DNA of 63,066 bases, the filler included, from Nemertoderma westbladi (Eukaryota > Animalia > Xenacoelomorpha): assembly GCA_032718475.1 (NCBI GenBank). It is 3 parts of 3 records of this genome, joined end to end, with 100 filler letters (N's around TTAATTAATTAA, not from the genome) between each part and the next. Parts side by side here need not be neighbours in the genome. Positions count along the whole stretch, not along the records: positions 26,370 to 56,425 come from JAUCBJ010002441.1; positions 56,526 to 63,066 come from JAUCBJ010001917.1; 1 more part is not named here. The stretch is one strand, 5' to 3'. Positions 48,423 to 62,639 of the stretch are shown piece after piece. The notes beneath the pieces are model-generated. The model did no database searches. It was not told where the DNA came from and worked only from the letters and a program-made list of their open reading frames with translations. A program made the position numbers and the translations under genes. How positions within the stretch are numbered: the stretch's first letter is position 1; every line of letters begins with the position of its first letter.

Positions 48423-48857
48423 TGTAACAGGCTGAGATTACTCCCCACCAAATATGACTCCCCGGTCTTCTCAGCCTAGGCTGAGAACACTCCTCAGTTT
48501 TGTCCCTAGATTTCTTAATTAACGGAAAGGAGCAGGTTACAGTGGCGGGCTTTTCTAACTAAAACAATAAACGATAACTCAATAACAAACTGTAGGTTAC
48601 AGTTCTATCTTTGCAATATACGAAAATAACACAGGTACGGATATGAATTATAACTCAATTAGGGAGTCATAGCTGAGATAACTGATGAGTGTTCTCAGCC
48701 TAGACTGAGATAACTAGGGAGTGTTCTCAGCCTAGGCTGAGATAACTGGGGAGTGTTCTCAGCCTAGGCTGAGATGACTGAGGAGTGTTCTCAGCCTACA
48801 GTAGGCTGATATGACTGGGGAGTCATTTCAAGAGGGAGTTATCTCAGCCTTGTACAC
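48423..48857. mobile_element. MITE with palindromic CTCAGCCTAGGCTGAG subrepeats
   Basis: TIR TGTAACAGGCTGAGATTACTCCC / GGGAGTTATCTCAGCCTTGTACA with ~31-bp internal tandem units. Its core (48516-48615) is homologous to 23721-23810. Confidence 0.8.
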
Positions 48858-51800
48858 TACACGGCTAGTCCTGTAATCTGGTGAAAGCTGACTAGTACTG
48901 TAGTACCTAAAGTACCGCGGGATCTAAAGTCCTCCAGGATGTACTGCACACAGTAGAATAAGAGGTTATACTGTACAGCACTCGGCACTTCAGTAACTTG
49001 CTAGTAATACGATGCTAATTGTGGTGAAAGTAATCGGGTACTGTAGGCCTACAGTACCCGGTAAAACTGTTGAAATTTCAATTTCTACATAAAAAAAATT
49101 AAGTTTTTTGAATCTCAGACTTAGATACCACAACGTTAGACCTCAACTGAAACATTACACACCAAAAATTCCTCAAATAAGGTTCAACATTTTGTATTTA
49201 AATGAGTTTTTCTGCTTGTCCCGAATACATATAAAATTAGTTATGAATGGATGCAAATAATTATAGCCAATAGGCCTACTACATGATGTGTTGATGTGTA
49301 ATAATAATATGCTACTGTACATTCTGATATTGTAATAAAGTAAATAACAGCGGGAGTAATTATTGCACCCAACCTCAGTTCCTAGTAATACATCAGAGAG
49401 TATGCCAAAATTTAATTAAATTACGATACAAGTGTAGCTCTCCTACAGTATGTATGAAATTGTGATCAACAATTTATAAGATGAAGTAAAATAATAAAAG
49501 GACGTCGATATATTTACCGATGATGGTGAGGACTGCATTGGAGTCCGATTCCGAGTCCCATCCATCCAGGGCCTCCATCACGAGAGGGGTGAATCCCACA
49601 TCCGAATGCGGCTTATTGTCTAACGACGTCATTTTATTAAACAAGACCCTCCATTAATACAGTAGATACTGTAGATAACATAAACTACAATGGGGGAGGA
49701 GCAGATGGGGCAGGGAGTGACCATGTGGACACATATAGCAAGTAGTCCAAGGAGAGCCTGAATTCCTCATCCATGAAATGTACGGCCAGGCACTCAGATA
49801 TGAGGGGATATGGCTATGAAGCCAATTCCCAGCATTGTGCAAAGCAGAGTTTGCAAGGGCCCGGGATCAGTGGCGTCGCGAGGGATTCAAGCGCCCAGGG
49901 GCCAATATGAAATTTTGCCCCCCCCCCCCCCCATACAAAATTCAACAATTATTTAAGAAAATTATTAAATGTAAATTTTGTTCAAAAATAATATAATAAT
50001 TCGGTCATACAGTATACATATCATACCGGTACACTACACTATTAGAAACATTCAGTAACTTAACTACATGTAACGATGTGTAACAAAGTGTAAGATATAA
50101 ACCAATGAGATAAAAAGTACAACGCGTTTATTAAATGCTCAAATTCACGGGAAATTCAATCACAGATACGAGAGAAGCGGATTGTAAAATACAAGATAAG
50201 GTAATATGGTCCACAAGCACTCCCTGCAGCTCCGCGCCCCCTCCCCTGAATTAGAAGGAACCGGTCTATTGCATATTAGGCGGAAGTTTTAAGTCAGTGT
50301 CTGCCAGTCTGCACCAACCGCGGCTTTATATTGGATTCACCCTAAATTGGGTCTCATTTAGGATTTAATACAGGATTTAGATTGGAAATACACCACTCCA
50401 GGGGCTTTCCTATTAGTGAAAGTGAAAAAATGAATTATACAGTACTTCCTGATTAAAAATTACGACAGTCTGTTTATGTGCTATTATTATTTTATCTGGT
50501 GCTAAAGTTGATGATGTTGCTAAATAAAGAGCCCTTTTCAGGGCCATTGATATATTTTTACAAAGTGGGGAAAGCAGCTCACTTGCTCCCAGGCACGCGA
50601 AAATGCGCCTAACCTATCTGCAGTTCTACAGTCTGCCACCAGATAATTCGTAGGGTGTCTTTGAATAAATTTCGAATATACGAATAATATTATTCAAAAA
50701 ATAAAGAAACCACTAAATAAAAATCAAATAATCTAATAAAGTACCTAATAATAATATAAAGTGATACCGGTAATATAATATAATAAAATAAATAATAAAA
50801 ATTGTTGCGTAATTAAAAATAATTGTGAATATCCTGGACTAATACTAATATAATTCAAAGAGAGAAATAACTATGCCAACTAAATTACTGTACAAAACTA
50901 AATGCAAAACCGACACATTATTACGAAACAATTCTGCTCAATTATTTAAATTCACTAAAAATGACATCCACATTGGCTAATATGTTTCAATTATGCGTCC
51001 ATTAGATCCACCGTATGCGAAATAGGTAGAAAACCTTCAAATTATATTTAAAAAAATATCGGTGGAAATATTATAAATATTTCAAACTAATTGACCCCGC
51101 TAGCTGCTAGCGGCAGAGCGGGGTCCGGATTACTGCTGTGCCATTCCTTGAGTATAGTATGTAGTAGTCCTTGACGGCAACCGGTAGGTACCGTACTGCT
51201 GTACTGCATACTGTACCACCTGTACTATTGTGTAATCTCAACAGATTGGGTAATCTGTTGCTGACTTGCCTCTCGCTGACAGGGCTCCAGACTGCCAGAC
51301 AGCCAGATACTTGGATACCATAATCTGAAAATGACAACCATTCGGCAGTTTACTTGTGACGACCTATTCCGGATTACACGCATGTAAGTTTGGGTTTTCG
51401 ACAACTAACTTTATAGGAACTTTACTATATAACTTTACTTAACTGCAGTAGCCAGTAGCCTGCAGCAGTACAGGATGCAGGACAGGACAGGCAGCCTGTT
51501 AACTCATGATATTCTTGTATTCTCTACTATCATATTGTTATACTGTTATATGGTTACTGCTGCTGCTGCACTGGGTTTTATTTTTCAGGAATCTGGACCC
51601 TCTAACCGAAACTTACGGGTTGCCATTCTATCTCCAGTATTTAGCACACTGGCCAGAATATTTTCTGGTAAGTAACTACAACTAACAGACTAAGTAGGCA
51701 TACATAATCCTGAATCCCGTATTCCAGTAGGCCTATTCATTTGTATTCTATCGATACTGCTGCAGTGATGTACGGCTACGGCACTGCGGCTGTAGGCCTA

Positions 51801-53789
51801 CCGTTTACTCTGGCAGTCTGCTGGTCTGGCTGTCTGGTACTGTTGTACATGTACTGTCCTGTCAGACTGTTGTGTTGTAGGCCTAAACATAAATTTACTT
51901 TATTTCCGTCCCCTTCTGCCCTTTGCCTTTGCCAGTTTGCTATTGCAGTAGGGCCTATACCGTGCCAGGTTGGAATTTATGTAGAGTTTGCTCAACATGT
52001 GTGGCGCGGATTAAGGATCCTGGCGCGTAGTGACAGGGGCGTGTGGCGCGGATTAAGGATCCTGGCGCATAATGACAGGGGCGTGTGGCGCGCATTGAGG
52101 ATCCCTGGATCCTGGCGCGAATATGGATGTAGGGTTAGGTTAGGACAGTAGGAGGTAGCAGGGTAGCGTAGCAGAGCAGTGCACTGGCAACACATCCCAC
52201 TCTACAGCTCTATTTGAAATTATTCTATAGGTTTAAAAAGATTGAAAAATGTCCGCTCGCTTCGCTCGCGTTTATACTATAAACCTACTCTTAGCACTGT
52301 CTGGCTGTGGACAAATGGAAACAGACGGATTTGGGATTGAGCATGACCATTAAAAACATGACTTGTTTCAAAAGTTTTTCAATTGTCATCAAACCAATAA
52401 AACCATGACAGCCTGCATGATTCAGCAGAATTTCCGTGCTCGCCACGCTCGCCAGCTCAGCAGCTCGCAATTTAATGACATCTGCCTGTCTGCATTTCTG
52501 CATTTGACATTTGAAAATAGTCGCTTTGCCTACTTTAAATGCTGAAATGTTAAAATTTCCGTGCTCGCTACGCTCGCATATTGATCACATCTACATTTAA
52601 AAACAGTGTCAGTTGACGTTTACCTACTACTAGGCCTACTACTACTACAACTATACAGCACTATCTGACTATTACTGTCAGACTGTATTTATGTTAACAT
52701 AATCAGATATAATTAGAAAATTTCCTTGCTCGCTACACTCGCATTTTAATGTTAAAATACTGTAGGGCTACAGCATTATAAACTGATAAATTATTACAAT
52801 TAGGCCTAAGCATAATTACTGCAAAATTTCATAGTCAATTGTTGGCTTGGCGCGCATTTGATATCATGGGTGGCGCGATTTTCGTTTAACCAGAACGCGT
52901 GTGGCGCGCTTTATGTCAGTATTCCATATAGGATACCGTGTACCGGTATTGGCCAATTTGGCTTTTATTGTCATACTTAAGTTTGGCCTTTATCTGTTTA
53001 TTATCAAGCTGTCATGTCATGCCTATCGCCTATCTGCGAATCTGCATATTGCCAATTGTTCGGTATTGTATGCCTAGGCCCTATAGGCCTACAAGAGATT
53101 TTCACCCGCCACTTTAAGGCAGTAAGGCCATGTCACGAACTTCAACTTAGAACCTGCTGACCTGCGATGCTGCGAACAGAACTGAGAGTGAGAACCTGTA
53201 TGGCTGACGCTGACTGAGTGAAATGGGGCCGCTTTAGTTTTGTAGGCCTATATGATGTGGTCAGGTGGTATGGCAGTATGCCTACTGCAGTATGGTAGTC
53301 TGCAGGTCTGGCAGTAGGCCTATCTGAGTACAGGAGTATGTATGAAAGAAAAACGATCAGAAACGATGTTAGTGATTTTGTTAACGGATCCAGTCCGCTA
53401 AGCACTTCCAACTTATAAAATGGGAGGGGGAGCTAATTTAACAATAGTGGACCCAGAAAAATTCCGAGCCAATAAGTGGGCCCAAGCCCAACAAGCCCAC
53501 TTCTGCACTTCCACTTACAGCTACCAGGCCTCCCAGAGCTTCCTTTTTTCATTTTTTTGCCCTTTATTTTAGAACGTTTCCTTTTTTCCTTTTTCTTTTA
53601 GAATGTTTCCTTTTTTTGTCCATTTTCACACATTTTTTTATTTTTTTTTGTTTCCTTAGATCAACTTCAGCTTGCTGTTGATGTTGACAAGGTTATAACA
53701 GAGATTGGCGGGCGCGGGCATAATAATGCCGATTTTTATTTTGAGTATGTTTATTTTGAGAAAAATCACAAGCTAAGCTACCCAGCCAT

Positions 53790-54560
53790 TCCAGCGTAAC
53801 GGTCGTGACATTCCGCATGGGTTTCCGGTATTGATGAGTACCGGTATTCTAAGGGCACATGGAAGAATGATATTGAAAATATATTACTATGATATGATCC
53901 TAATTTAATAAAATCGAAACCGCACTGGAATACATTTTATTGCTGTATTGATTGTATTCCAGTATTCCAGTTTAAAGTTGGCGTAACGGTCGTGACTGAA
54001 ATGGACAAGCTTTTTAGAGACTCCTACACATTATAAATTTCTATCGAATTTACTGTACTTATTTAGCGTTACTTACAGACTTATGTCAGACTAACACTGT
54101 AACATGTTAATAGATAGAGTTTAAAATGAAATTAACAGTTTGGCAATATAGTATCATTAGAGAATGTGGCAATCAATTAACCAGCGTAACGGTCGTGACA
54201 TTGTTTCGTAACGGTTGTGACATTATCGATTTTCACATAAATCTGAATTTCATAAAATGGTAAGGTATTAGAGTTAGGTATTGATATCGATTTCAGGCAG
54301 GTTTTCTTGTACGCTGATTTTAATGGAAGGCTTTTTACATTCCGCAATTGAACACATCTACCATTTTTGGTGCTAAAATGAAAAGTGCAAGTAAACAGCA
54401 TTTTTAAAATTTGTGTAAACAACTAGACTTGTAGGAGTGATGTTTATTTCAATTACATACAGGTTTTCTGATGCGCTGATTTCAATGGAAGGCTTTTTAA
54501 ATTCCGCAGTTGAATACACTTACCATGTTCGGTGCTAAAATGAAAAATGCAAGAGTAAAC
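53790..54560. mobile_element. DNA-transposon-like remnant with GCGTAACGGTCGTGAC repeats, abutting the RTE insertion
   Basis: Motif at ~53794, 53981, 54184 and 54207; a ~120-bp direct duplication at 54297-54392 / 54460-54555. Confidence 0.45.
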
Positions 54561-54575
54561 ATAATATAATATATT

Positions 54576-56312
54576 GGGGAAATCCAGCCGATCGCCTCAA
54601 TGGTTGGAAAGCCCACTTTGAAAAGCTCCTCAATAATGACAGGGTATTGCCTGATAACTTTATAGAAGTAAAAGTGTCTGAGTCTGTACTCCCAGATATT
54701 CCCATTGGCGATATCTCCTTTGCAGAAGTGAAGGCTGCTGCAAAGAGCATTAAGACCAATCGTGCCAGTGGTGTAGATGGTGTTCCCCCTGAGGTCTTTA
54801 AAATACCTGAGTGTTTAAAGCTTATCTATCCCATCATAGTAGACATGTACCAAACAACAAGAGTCCCACAAGAAATGAAAACAAATAAGTTGGTGCCAGT
54901 TCCCAAGAAGGGCAACCTAACACTCTATGGTTCTTTTCGGGGAATCTCATTGATCTCGATTGCTGCAAAGCTATACAATAGGATTCTATTAAATCGCATC
55001 AGGGATCCCATTGAGAGACTGCTCCGTGGAAATCAGAATGGGTTCCGTAATGGTCGTGGGACCATGGAGCCCATTTTGGCACTTAGAAGGATAATTGAAG
55101 AGTTATCAAAAAAGAAAGACAGGCATCTGGCTGTTATCTTTGTTGACTTCTTCAAGGCCTTTGATTCAGTCTCTCGCTCACGTATGTTCAGCATACTTTC
55201 ATTATATGGGATTCCTGATGAAATTATTGCAGCAATCAGATCAGTATACGATGGTTCGACAACATTTGTGTCTACTGTTGACGGTGACACAGAACCATTT
55301 GAAGTGTTATGGGGCGTCCTCCAAGGAGACACACTTGCACCATTCTTGTTCATTATTGTGGTTGACTATGTTCTACGCATGTCCTTAGATCATTATAATG
55401 ATGATGGGGTGATGATAACTCCACCTACTGGCTCCAGAAGTCGAGGAAATCCTGCCAAGTACCTAACTGATCTAGACTTTGCTGATGACTTAGGACTAGG
55501 AGTACTCTCAGAATCATTAGAGGGAGCCCAACGGCTCCTCAGCTCATTAGAACATGCTGCTTCTAGTGTTGGTCTTTTTATTAACTCCAGAAAGACCAAA
55601 ATTCTGACAGTTAACTTTGAAAGTCCTCAGCAAGTCTCTGATCGGATGAGCATAAGCTCAAAGGATGGTATGCTTGAGCATGTGGATGACTTCTGTTACC
55701 TGGGATCATGGATCCGGAAGTCAGGTGAGGACCTTCGAATACGTAAGGGAAAGGCATGGGCAGCCTGAATAGTCTTTCCAGGATTTGGAAGTCACCGAGA
55801 ATTAATCGGAAACTTAAGGTCCGATTATTTAGAGCAGCAGTAGTTCCAGTACTCCTCTATGGGAGTCCATGCTGGGCTCTAACTGCCGAGGACACCAAAT
55901 CTCTGGATGGCACATTCACAAGAATGCTACGCCGGGTTCATTGTGTCAAGTACAATGCACACATCTCCAACCAGACACTATATAACATTGGAGGTGTCTC
56001 ATTGGTTCCCCCAAGCTTGACACTAGAACAAAATCGCCTCCGCTTTGCAGGACATTGCTTTCGCCGTGAGGACCAGCCAGTGCATAATCTTGTACTTTGG
56101 CAGCCTCATGGAGTGAATAAGCATGGTGGACAGCCCATGACTTTCTTGAGACGCATCTTAAAGGACACTGGGCTTGAAGATGCGGATGATCTAGCAAATG
56201 TCATGGGTGATAGGGAGTTGTGGCGGTGCAATTTTGTCGACAAGCCGGCACGCACAGCATTCTTAAAAATGCAGCTGCAATGCAGCATGCCGATCCTAGT
56301 AGGGGAAACCCA
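54576..56312 (+). mobile_element. RTE-clade LINE, 5'-truncated, near-complete RT with one frameshift
   Basis: ASGVDGVP, VPVPKKGNL..FRGISL, QNGFRNGRGT, FVDFFKAFDSV, GVLQGDTLAPFLF, LDFADD, FCYLGS. A 1-nt deletion at ~55766 relative to the 57320 copy splits ORFs 54647 and 55756. Short TAG tail; possible TSD GGGGAAA(T/C)CCA. Confidence 0.95.
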
Positions 56313-56425
56313 ATATTTATTGGAATTCATAAGCACATAAGGACAGGATGTGGTTAGGGCAAGCTGATTGGGGGGGGGGGGGGGGGGAGGGGGGGGGGGG
56401 TGGCCAATGTGATAAGGTAGCCAAT

Positions 56426-56525
56426 NNNNNNNNNNNNNNNNNNNNNNNNNNNNNNNNNNNNNNNNNNNNTTAATTAATTAANNNNNNNNNNNNNNNNNNN
56501 NNNNNNNNNNNNNNNNNNNNNNNNN
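56426..56525. other. Artificial contig linker
   Basis: 44 N + TTAATTAATTAA + 44 N. Confidence 0.97.
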
Positions 56526-56824
56526 CGACTAACTGTGGAGCCGGAATAATGTCGGGCGTATAACATACAGGTAGTGACCACACAAGTACAAACAACAACA
56601 ATGCTGTGCTGGGCCGTCTGTCTGGCAGTGCGCCCTATGACTGGAGACCTAACTGTACTGATTACAGGACTAGCTAACTGCTGTCTATCGGTCGGTGGTA
56701 TCCTGAGTCTGTGTCAGGGCGTAGTCTCTGAATCCTGGTGAGTCATCCCTACAGTACCGCAGTCCCTGAGTATCTGCTGGCATATGGGGCGAGCCATGTA
56801 GTGTGGCGAGTTTGTATCACTACA

Positions 56825-57862
56825 ATTTGTGTCTACTGTTGACGGTGACATAGAACCATTTGAAGTGTTATGGGGCGTCCTCCAGCGAGACACACTTGCA
56901 CCATTCTTGTTCATAATTGTTGTTGACTATGTTCTACGCATGTCCTTAGATCATCATAATGGAGATGGGGTGATGATAACTCCACCTACTGGCTCCAGAA
57001 GTCGAGGAAATCCTGCCAAGTACCTAACTGATCTAGACTTTGCTGATGACTTAAGAGTACTCTCAGAATCACTAGAGGGAGCCCAACGGCTCCTCAGCTC
57101 ATTAGAACATGCTGCTTCTAGTGTTGGTCTTTTTATTAACTCCAGAAAGACCAAAATTCTGACCGTTAACTTTGAAAGTCCTCAGCAAGTCTCTGATCGG
57201 ATGAGCATACGCTCAAAAGATGGTATGCTTGAGCATGTGGATGACTTCTGTTACCTGGGATCATGGATCCGGAAGTCAGGTGAGGACCTTCGAATACATA
57301 AGGGAAAGGCATGGGCAGCCTTGAATAGGCTTTCCAGGATTTGGAAGTCACCGAGAATTAATCGGAAACTTAAGGTCCGGTTATTTAGAGCAGCAGTAGT
57401 TCCAGTACTCCTCTTTGGGAGTCCATGCTGGGCTCTAACTGCCGAGGACACCAAATCTCTGGACGGCACATTCACAAGAATGCTACGCCGGGTTCATTGT
57501 GTCAAGTTCAATGCACACATCTCCAACCAGACACTATATAACATTGGAGGTGTCTCATTGGTTCCCCCAAGCTTGACACTAGAACAAAATCGCCTCCACT
57601 TTGCAGGACATTGCTTTCGCCGTGAGGACCAGCCAGTGCATAATCTTGTACTTTGGCAGCGTCATGGAGTGAATAAGCATGGTGGACAGCCCATGACTTT
57701 CTTGAGACGCATCTTAAAGGACACTGGCCTTGAAGATGCGGATGATCTAGCAAATGTCATGGGTGATAGGGAGTTGTGGCGGTGCAATTTTGTCGATAAG
57801 CCGGCACAGCATTCTTAAAAATCCAGCTGCAATGCAGCATGCCGATCCTAGTAGTAGTAGTA
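56825..57862 (+). mobile_element. RTE LINE, 5'-truncated copy with an open frame to the stop and a (TAG)n tail
   Basis: ORF 56829-57818 is nearly identical to 55265-56300 and ends GATCCTAGTAGTAGTAGTA. Confidence 0.95.
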
Positions 57863-59600
57863 TATTGAGGACTCACTATATCATCCCAATTTAATAATTC
57901 AGCAATCCCAAAGATCTCGTCCCAATGAGCCTTTGACCAGTCTCTATTTTCTATTTCTGTTGAACATTTTTCATCAGAAACGGCAATATGAGTACCAGGT
58001 AATGAAGCTGTAATGATGAAATGATCACTTAGAATAGGATCAATACCAAAACGGGCACCTACCTCTATGTTTCAAATTAAACATGGTTCATTACATAAAA
58101 TCAAGTCTAAAATTCTACCATGAATGTGCGTAGCTTCTGTAACAAGTTGAGATAAACCATAGTCATCAAGGGTGTTTATGAATTTTTCTTTTACCAATTT
58201 ATTTTTGCTGTCAGTGTTTGGAGCAGCGTTTATCCAATCAATATCTCTCATGTTGAAGTCGCCCATTATCACCTCACCACAGGATTTTTAAAGTCATGTG
58301 GGTATACAGATTTGAGATCAGAATAAAAATCTTCTATATTATCAGGACCGGAAACAGTATTGTACACAGTACCAATTCGGAGTGGGGGATTATAATATAA
58401 CAATGTAAATCAATCCACACTGATTCTCCACATGATTCACTTATCTCGATAGCAGATGGTTAAGGTCAGATGAACCCAACGTGGCTACACCACCACCTCG
58501 GATGTTGCCAGGACGGTCATATCGAAAGATTTCAAGGGAGGATAGTTCAGGTCGAGCAAATATGGAGTCTGGATCAGCCTTGTCAGGTTCAGCGCTGCCA
58601 GAGCTCAGTAGGAACGTTTCTGTTAAACAAACCACTAGAGAGTTGCTTGAATGTTGTTTCACGCTACTGCAAAGTGCATCTAATTTGTTACGAATTGAGC
58701 GACAGTTTGCATAAATGATCTCGGGGAGTTTCGGTTGAATATTGGAATAGGCTGAGTGCGTTGCCTGTCACTGGCTTGCACCTATTGTACTTGAGTTAGG
58801 CGAGAGTGTTGTGGGAATATGGGTTTTTGTTGAGTGTGCCGACCTGAGTGCTTGTCTTCGTTCATACAGTACTGCTGACGTGACTGCATCTTGGTTAGGT
58901 CCATATCAACAAAAACATTGTTATTGATTGTTGATTCCTGTAGTTTCTTTTTCTTTTTCAGAATCCTTTCTTTTGCTGTAGGGGAATTGAGCTTAATAAT
59001 AAGTCGAGAAGGTTTAGTCTCTTTTGAAGGTAGCTGGGAAATAATGGATTCAACAACACTAGTTTCATTAAATTCAGCATCCAAAAACGATTGAACTGTG
59101 TGAATGGTTGAGTCAGAATCAGTTAATTCTAACCTACTTATAACTATATTAGACTCACGTTTCTTTTGTTCTTTAACTTCCTTTGTGACATCATCCACAG
59201 ATAGGAGGTTCTCAGAAGATGGGATTTTGAAGAATGCTTTCTGCTCTGGGTAATCCACGGATTGGTATTTGAGGACGAAACATTACTTTCAGAAGCGTTT
59301 GAGCCAGATAAAAGCTCTGAACGGAGGGAATCAATTTGAGATTTAACAGTCTGCTCTACTTTGATCAAGAGACATTCTGAGTCAATTACTGCATTGTCAG
59401 GTTGTATAGTGATGGAACCTACTTTAGCAGCACAGTGGTCGCACACAATTCGGCAATTATTACATTTCGCCATAATATTTATCTCGTTTTGGTTGAGTTT
59501 TAAACAACTACCATGTAACCAGTGCCCGCAAATATCGCAACCGAGACAGTTTACTACCTTTTTTCGACAGTGAGGGCATTTATCCGGTACAATCCGGATT
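57863..59600 (-). mobile_element. Degraded CR1/L2-group LINE: PHD-finger ORF1 and AP endonuclease, RT missing
   Basis: PHD C4HC3 CPHC..CDIC..HGSC..CDHC (59435-59580); ORF1 core KKRESNIVI..VFVDMDLT; APE motifs IIYANCRSIRNK, CLTETFL, RYDR..RGGGVA, GDFNMRDIDW, RILDLIL, SDH. Contains frameshifts. Confidence 0.85.
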
Positions 59601-60415
59601 CAGGGCCCTCCACCTATTCTGCTGTGCTGTGTGTTGTTTACTCTGACCTAACTGCTGAACTGACCGGTTGTTTTGGTTATAAATCCCGCCTCTGTAACCT
59701 GCTCCTTTCCCTGATATGGTAAAGTGACCGTTTATTGTTTTGGTTAGAAAGGCCCGCCTGTATGGTCCCTTTCACTTCTCTGTGATGAGGTGCATAAAGC
59801 TCTGTGTTCCTCATATAAGGATTTATCGACGAAGAGAGCAGTACAAATATCACAGTTAAATAATTAGGACATATATCGTTGATTGCCTTTGATTTGCGCC
59901 TATCACCCATCATTCAGTATATCGATATAAACATATAATATATCCAAATAGAGTAGGCCTAAGTGTTATTATATTATTGAAAAGGCTTTCAGTCATCAAC
60001 TCCCTAATCAGACTAGTTCTCTAATCTATCGACTAATCAGCCTAGGCTACATACTGACCTACCAGCCTACAGTACGGTACCAATCAGCCGGTACTTACTG
60101 ACTTGGCTGATTTGGACATCGTATTGATGTATTGCTATGTACAGTATGTATGGCCTATTCAATACACAATATCTAACCTAACCAAAATACTAACATACTA
60201 AATCGCACTACCGAAACCGAAACACATACTGCTGTACTGACATAGGAACCCTACGCCTATAGGCCTAGGCCTATACAGCTATAGGCCTAACTTATCAGTT
60301 TATACCTTTTTATCAGTTTATAGGATATAAATTATTTTTGTCTTTTTGGGTAGGTAGGCCTACCGGTAAGTTTTTTGGGTAATATTGTGTTTTTCAGTTA
60401 GGCTGTTAGGTACAA

Positions 60416-60533
60416 TGGCCAAATCTGGCAATGATTGTGATTGCCATATTTGGCAACCAAGCAAAATCTGGCAACATTTCTGATTGCCTGATTTGGCAAC
60501 TATATAAACCCGTTGTTGCCATATTTGGCAACT
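60416..60533. mobile_element. MITE-like cluster of TTGCC..ATTTGGCAAC repeats
   Basis: Five imperfect-palindromic copies within ~120 bp. Confidence 0.45.
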
Positions 60534-62639
60534 TAACCATCTCATTGAATATGGCTTATATGGTTCTGCATCATTAAGTCCTTCTATCAGTCTATGTTCA
60601 TTCCTTAGATCCTGAAATGTTAAGGGGTAGGGCCAGGTTATAGGCCTACTTATAGTCTGATAGTGGCATATTCTAAAACCAACTGACCAATACCAGAATA
60701 CTGCAATACAGCAATATACCGTTATAAATGAGAGTCACTAACACAGTTAGGAACTTTCACCCGTCAAACGGCTGGACAGTCACCCCTCAAACGGGTGGAT
60801 GTGTTTGTATTTCTCCACACAAATCCCTATTAAAAATTAAAATTAAATTCGCATTGCTATTTTTTTAGACGCACGAGTAAAATTGGTATTGTTACATAGA
60901 GCAGGCAAAACTACATATTTTGGTCCTGTAAAAATTAAAATTACAGCATAGTTAACTTTTAATTAAGAATTAATTGAATTCCACCCATTAAACGGGTGGA
61001 TTTGTAAAATTTTATCTGCTACTTGTCAGCCCCCTGAGGCAAGCAGATTCCTTCCCATCTATGGAGCCAGGCTGCCAATCAACACACCAGAGAGCAGACC
61101 TCCACTGTCTACCACTACCATCCTTCCTAGTATACACAACACACACACACCATGTACTAATTGAGGCAGCCAGCATAGCATTGGCTTTCTTATTATACTT
61201 ACTGTATTACATATTACTCTGCAGCTCTTGTCCGACATTAGCTGAGTTACCTAACATGGCATCTGCTTTGCCTTAGGCAAACCTACACAAAAAGCTCCCG
61301 GCTGATGGCTGGTGGGGTGGCTGCTGGGCTGGACTGCTACAGCTACACTACACTACTGTTAGTATCCTAATTATATCCCTTTATGAAGACATTAAGTTAA
61401 TATACTGGCGGTAAGTTACTGGCGGTAAGTTACAAGTTATTTCTTTATGCTCTATGAAGTTAAGTTCTCCTTCACACAGGCTAGAGCAGAGGACTAGGAC
61501 ACCAGTTCACAATTCCTTCAATTTGCTGATTTGGCCTTGAATTGCTGACTTGCACTGGCGCCCAGCCAGCTCATTTCTGCATTACTGCTCAGTTCATTTT
61601 TTTGCACTTTTTAATTCTAATTTCACTGTTTGGCTAACCATAAGTCTGTAAGTAAGAGTAATGTAAAAATATGATAATTGAAATCCTGATCCCGAAATTA
61701 ATTAAGTTAATTAACTCAATTAGGCAAAAATAATTAATTTAATTAATTACAGTTATAAAATACAGTTAGGTACGGTATTCACAGCGAGATTTGAGTGCAC
61801 AGTGATAGCAAACCTCACAGTCCAGTCGCGGTGCACAGATTTTCTAAATTGGAGCCAAATTTTTCTAAAAACCGTAAATTAGAATTGCATGAATTATATG
61901 AATTGCATGAATTTTGTAACAGATTCCTCCATCTTATTGCTGTATTGGGTCAGAATTTTTCGGAGAGATGGAAAGCTGGCCATACAAGGATACCAAATGT
62001 GATATTGATATCATGCAACTTTCAAACGCCCATTTTAAGAATTGCATGAATCCCCCCTCCTTTAATAATTTTGCATTACTTCTATAACTCTGATTACTGA
62101 AGTTTGGGCTTTCCCGGCATGTAATTTTATATGTGTCTCTATTGGTGCTTATGCACTGGCTTGGCTGGACCCTATTATAGACAGCTACAGTAGTCGGAGT
62201 AATACAAGGTGATAGCTTTCACCTTTATTATTTACCTTTATTATTTTAAACAATGTAGTAATATATGGTCAATCATTGAGTGGTGCGGTTCAAGATGCTC
62301 TCAATAAATTAGCAATATATTGTAAGGTCAACGACCTCAAGGTCAACTTAAAGAAATCTGGGCCAAATTAAGACAAATCAAACGCCAAAAGATCATGCAT
62401 GATGCCCTCCCACGTCAAAGCTTCATCCTTCTGTCCTTGCTTATGCAATGCATTGGAACAAGCAGAATGATTTAAATGGCATTTAAATTGCACCTCTGTT
62501 ATGAGTGCCCTGAGCAGCCTGTGTGGTATTTTGTTCAGTCAGTTCCTCAGTTTGGGAACTCTGTTCCAATGGGTTGCGAACTTTATTCTAATAATTACGA
62601 CCTTTGTTCCAATATTGTTGTGAATGTACATCGCAATTC

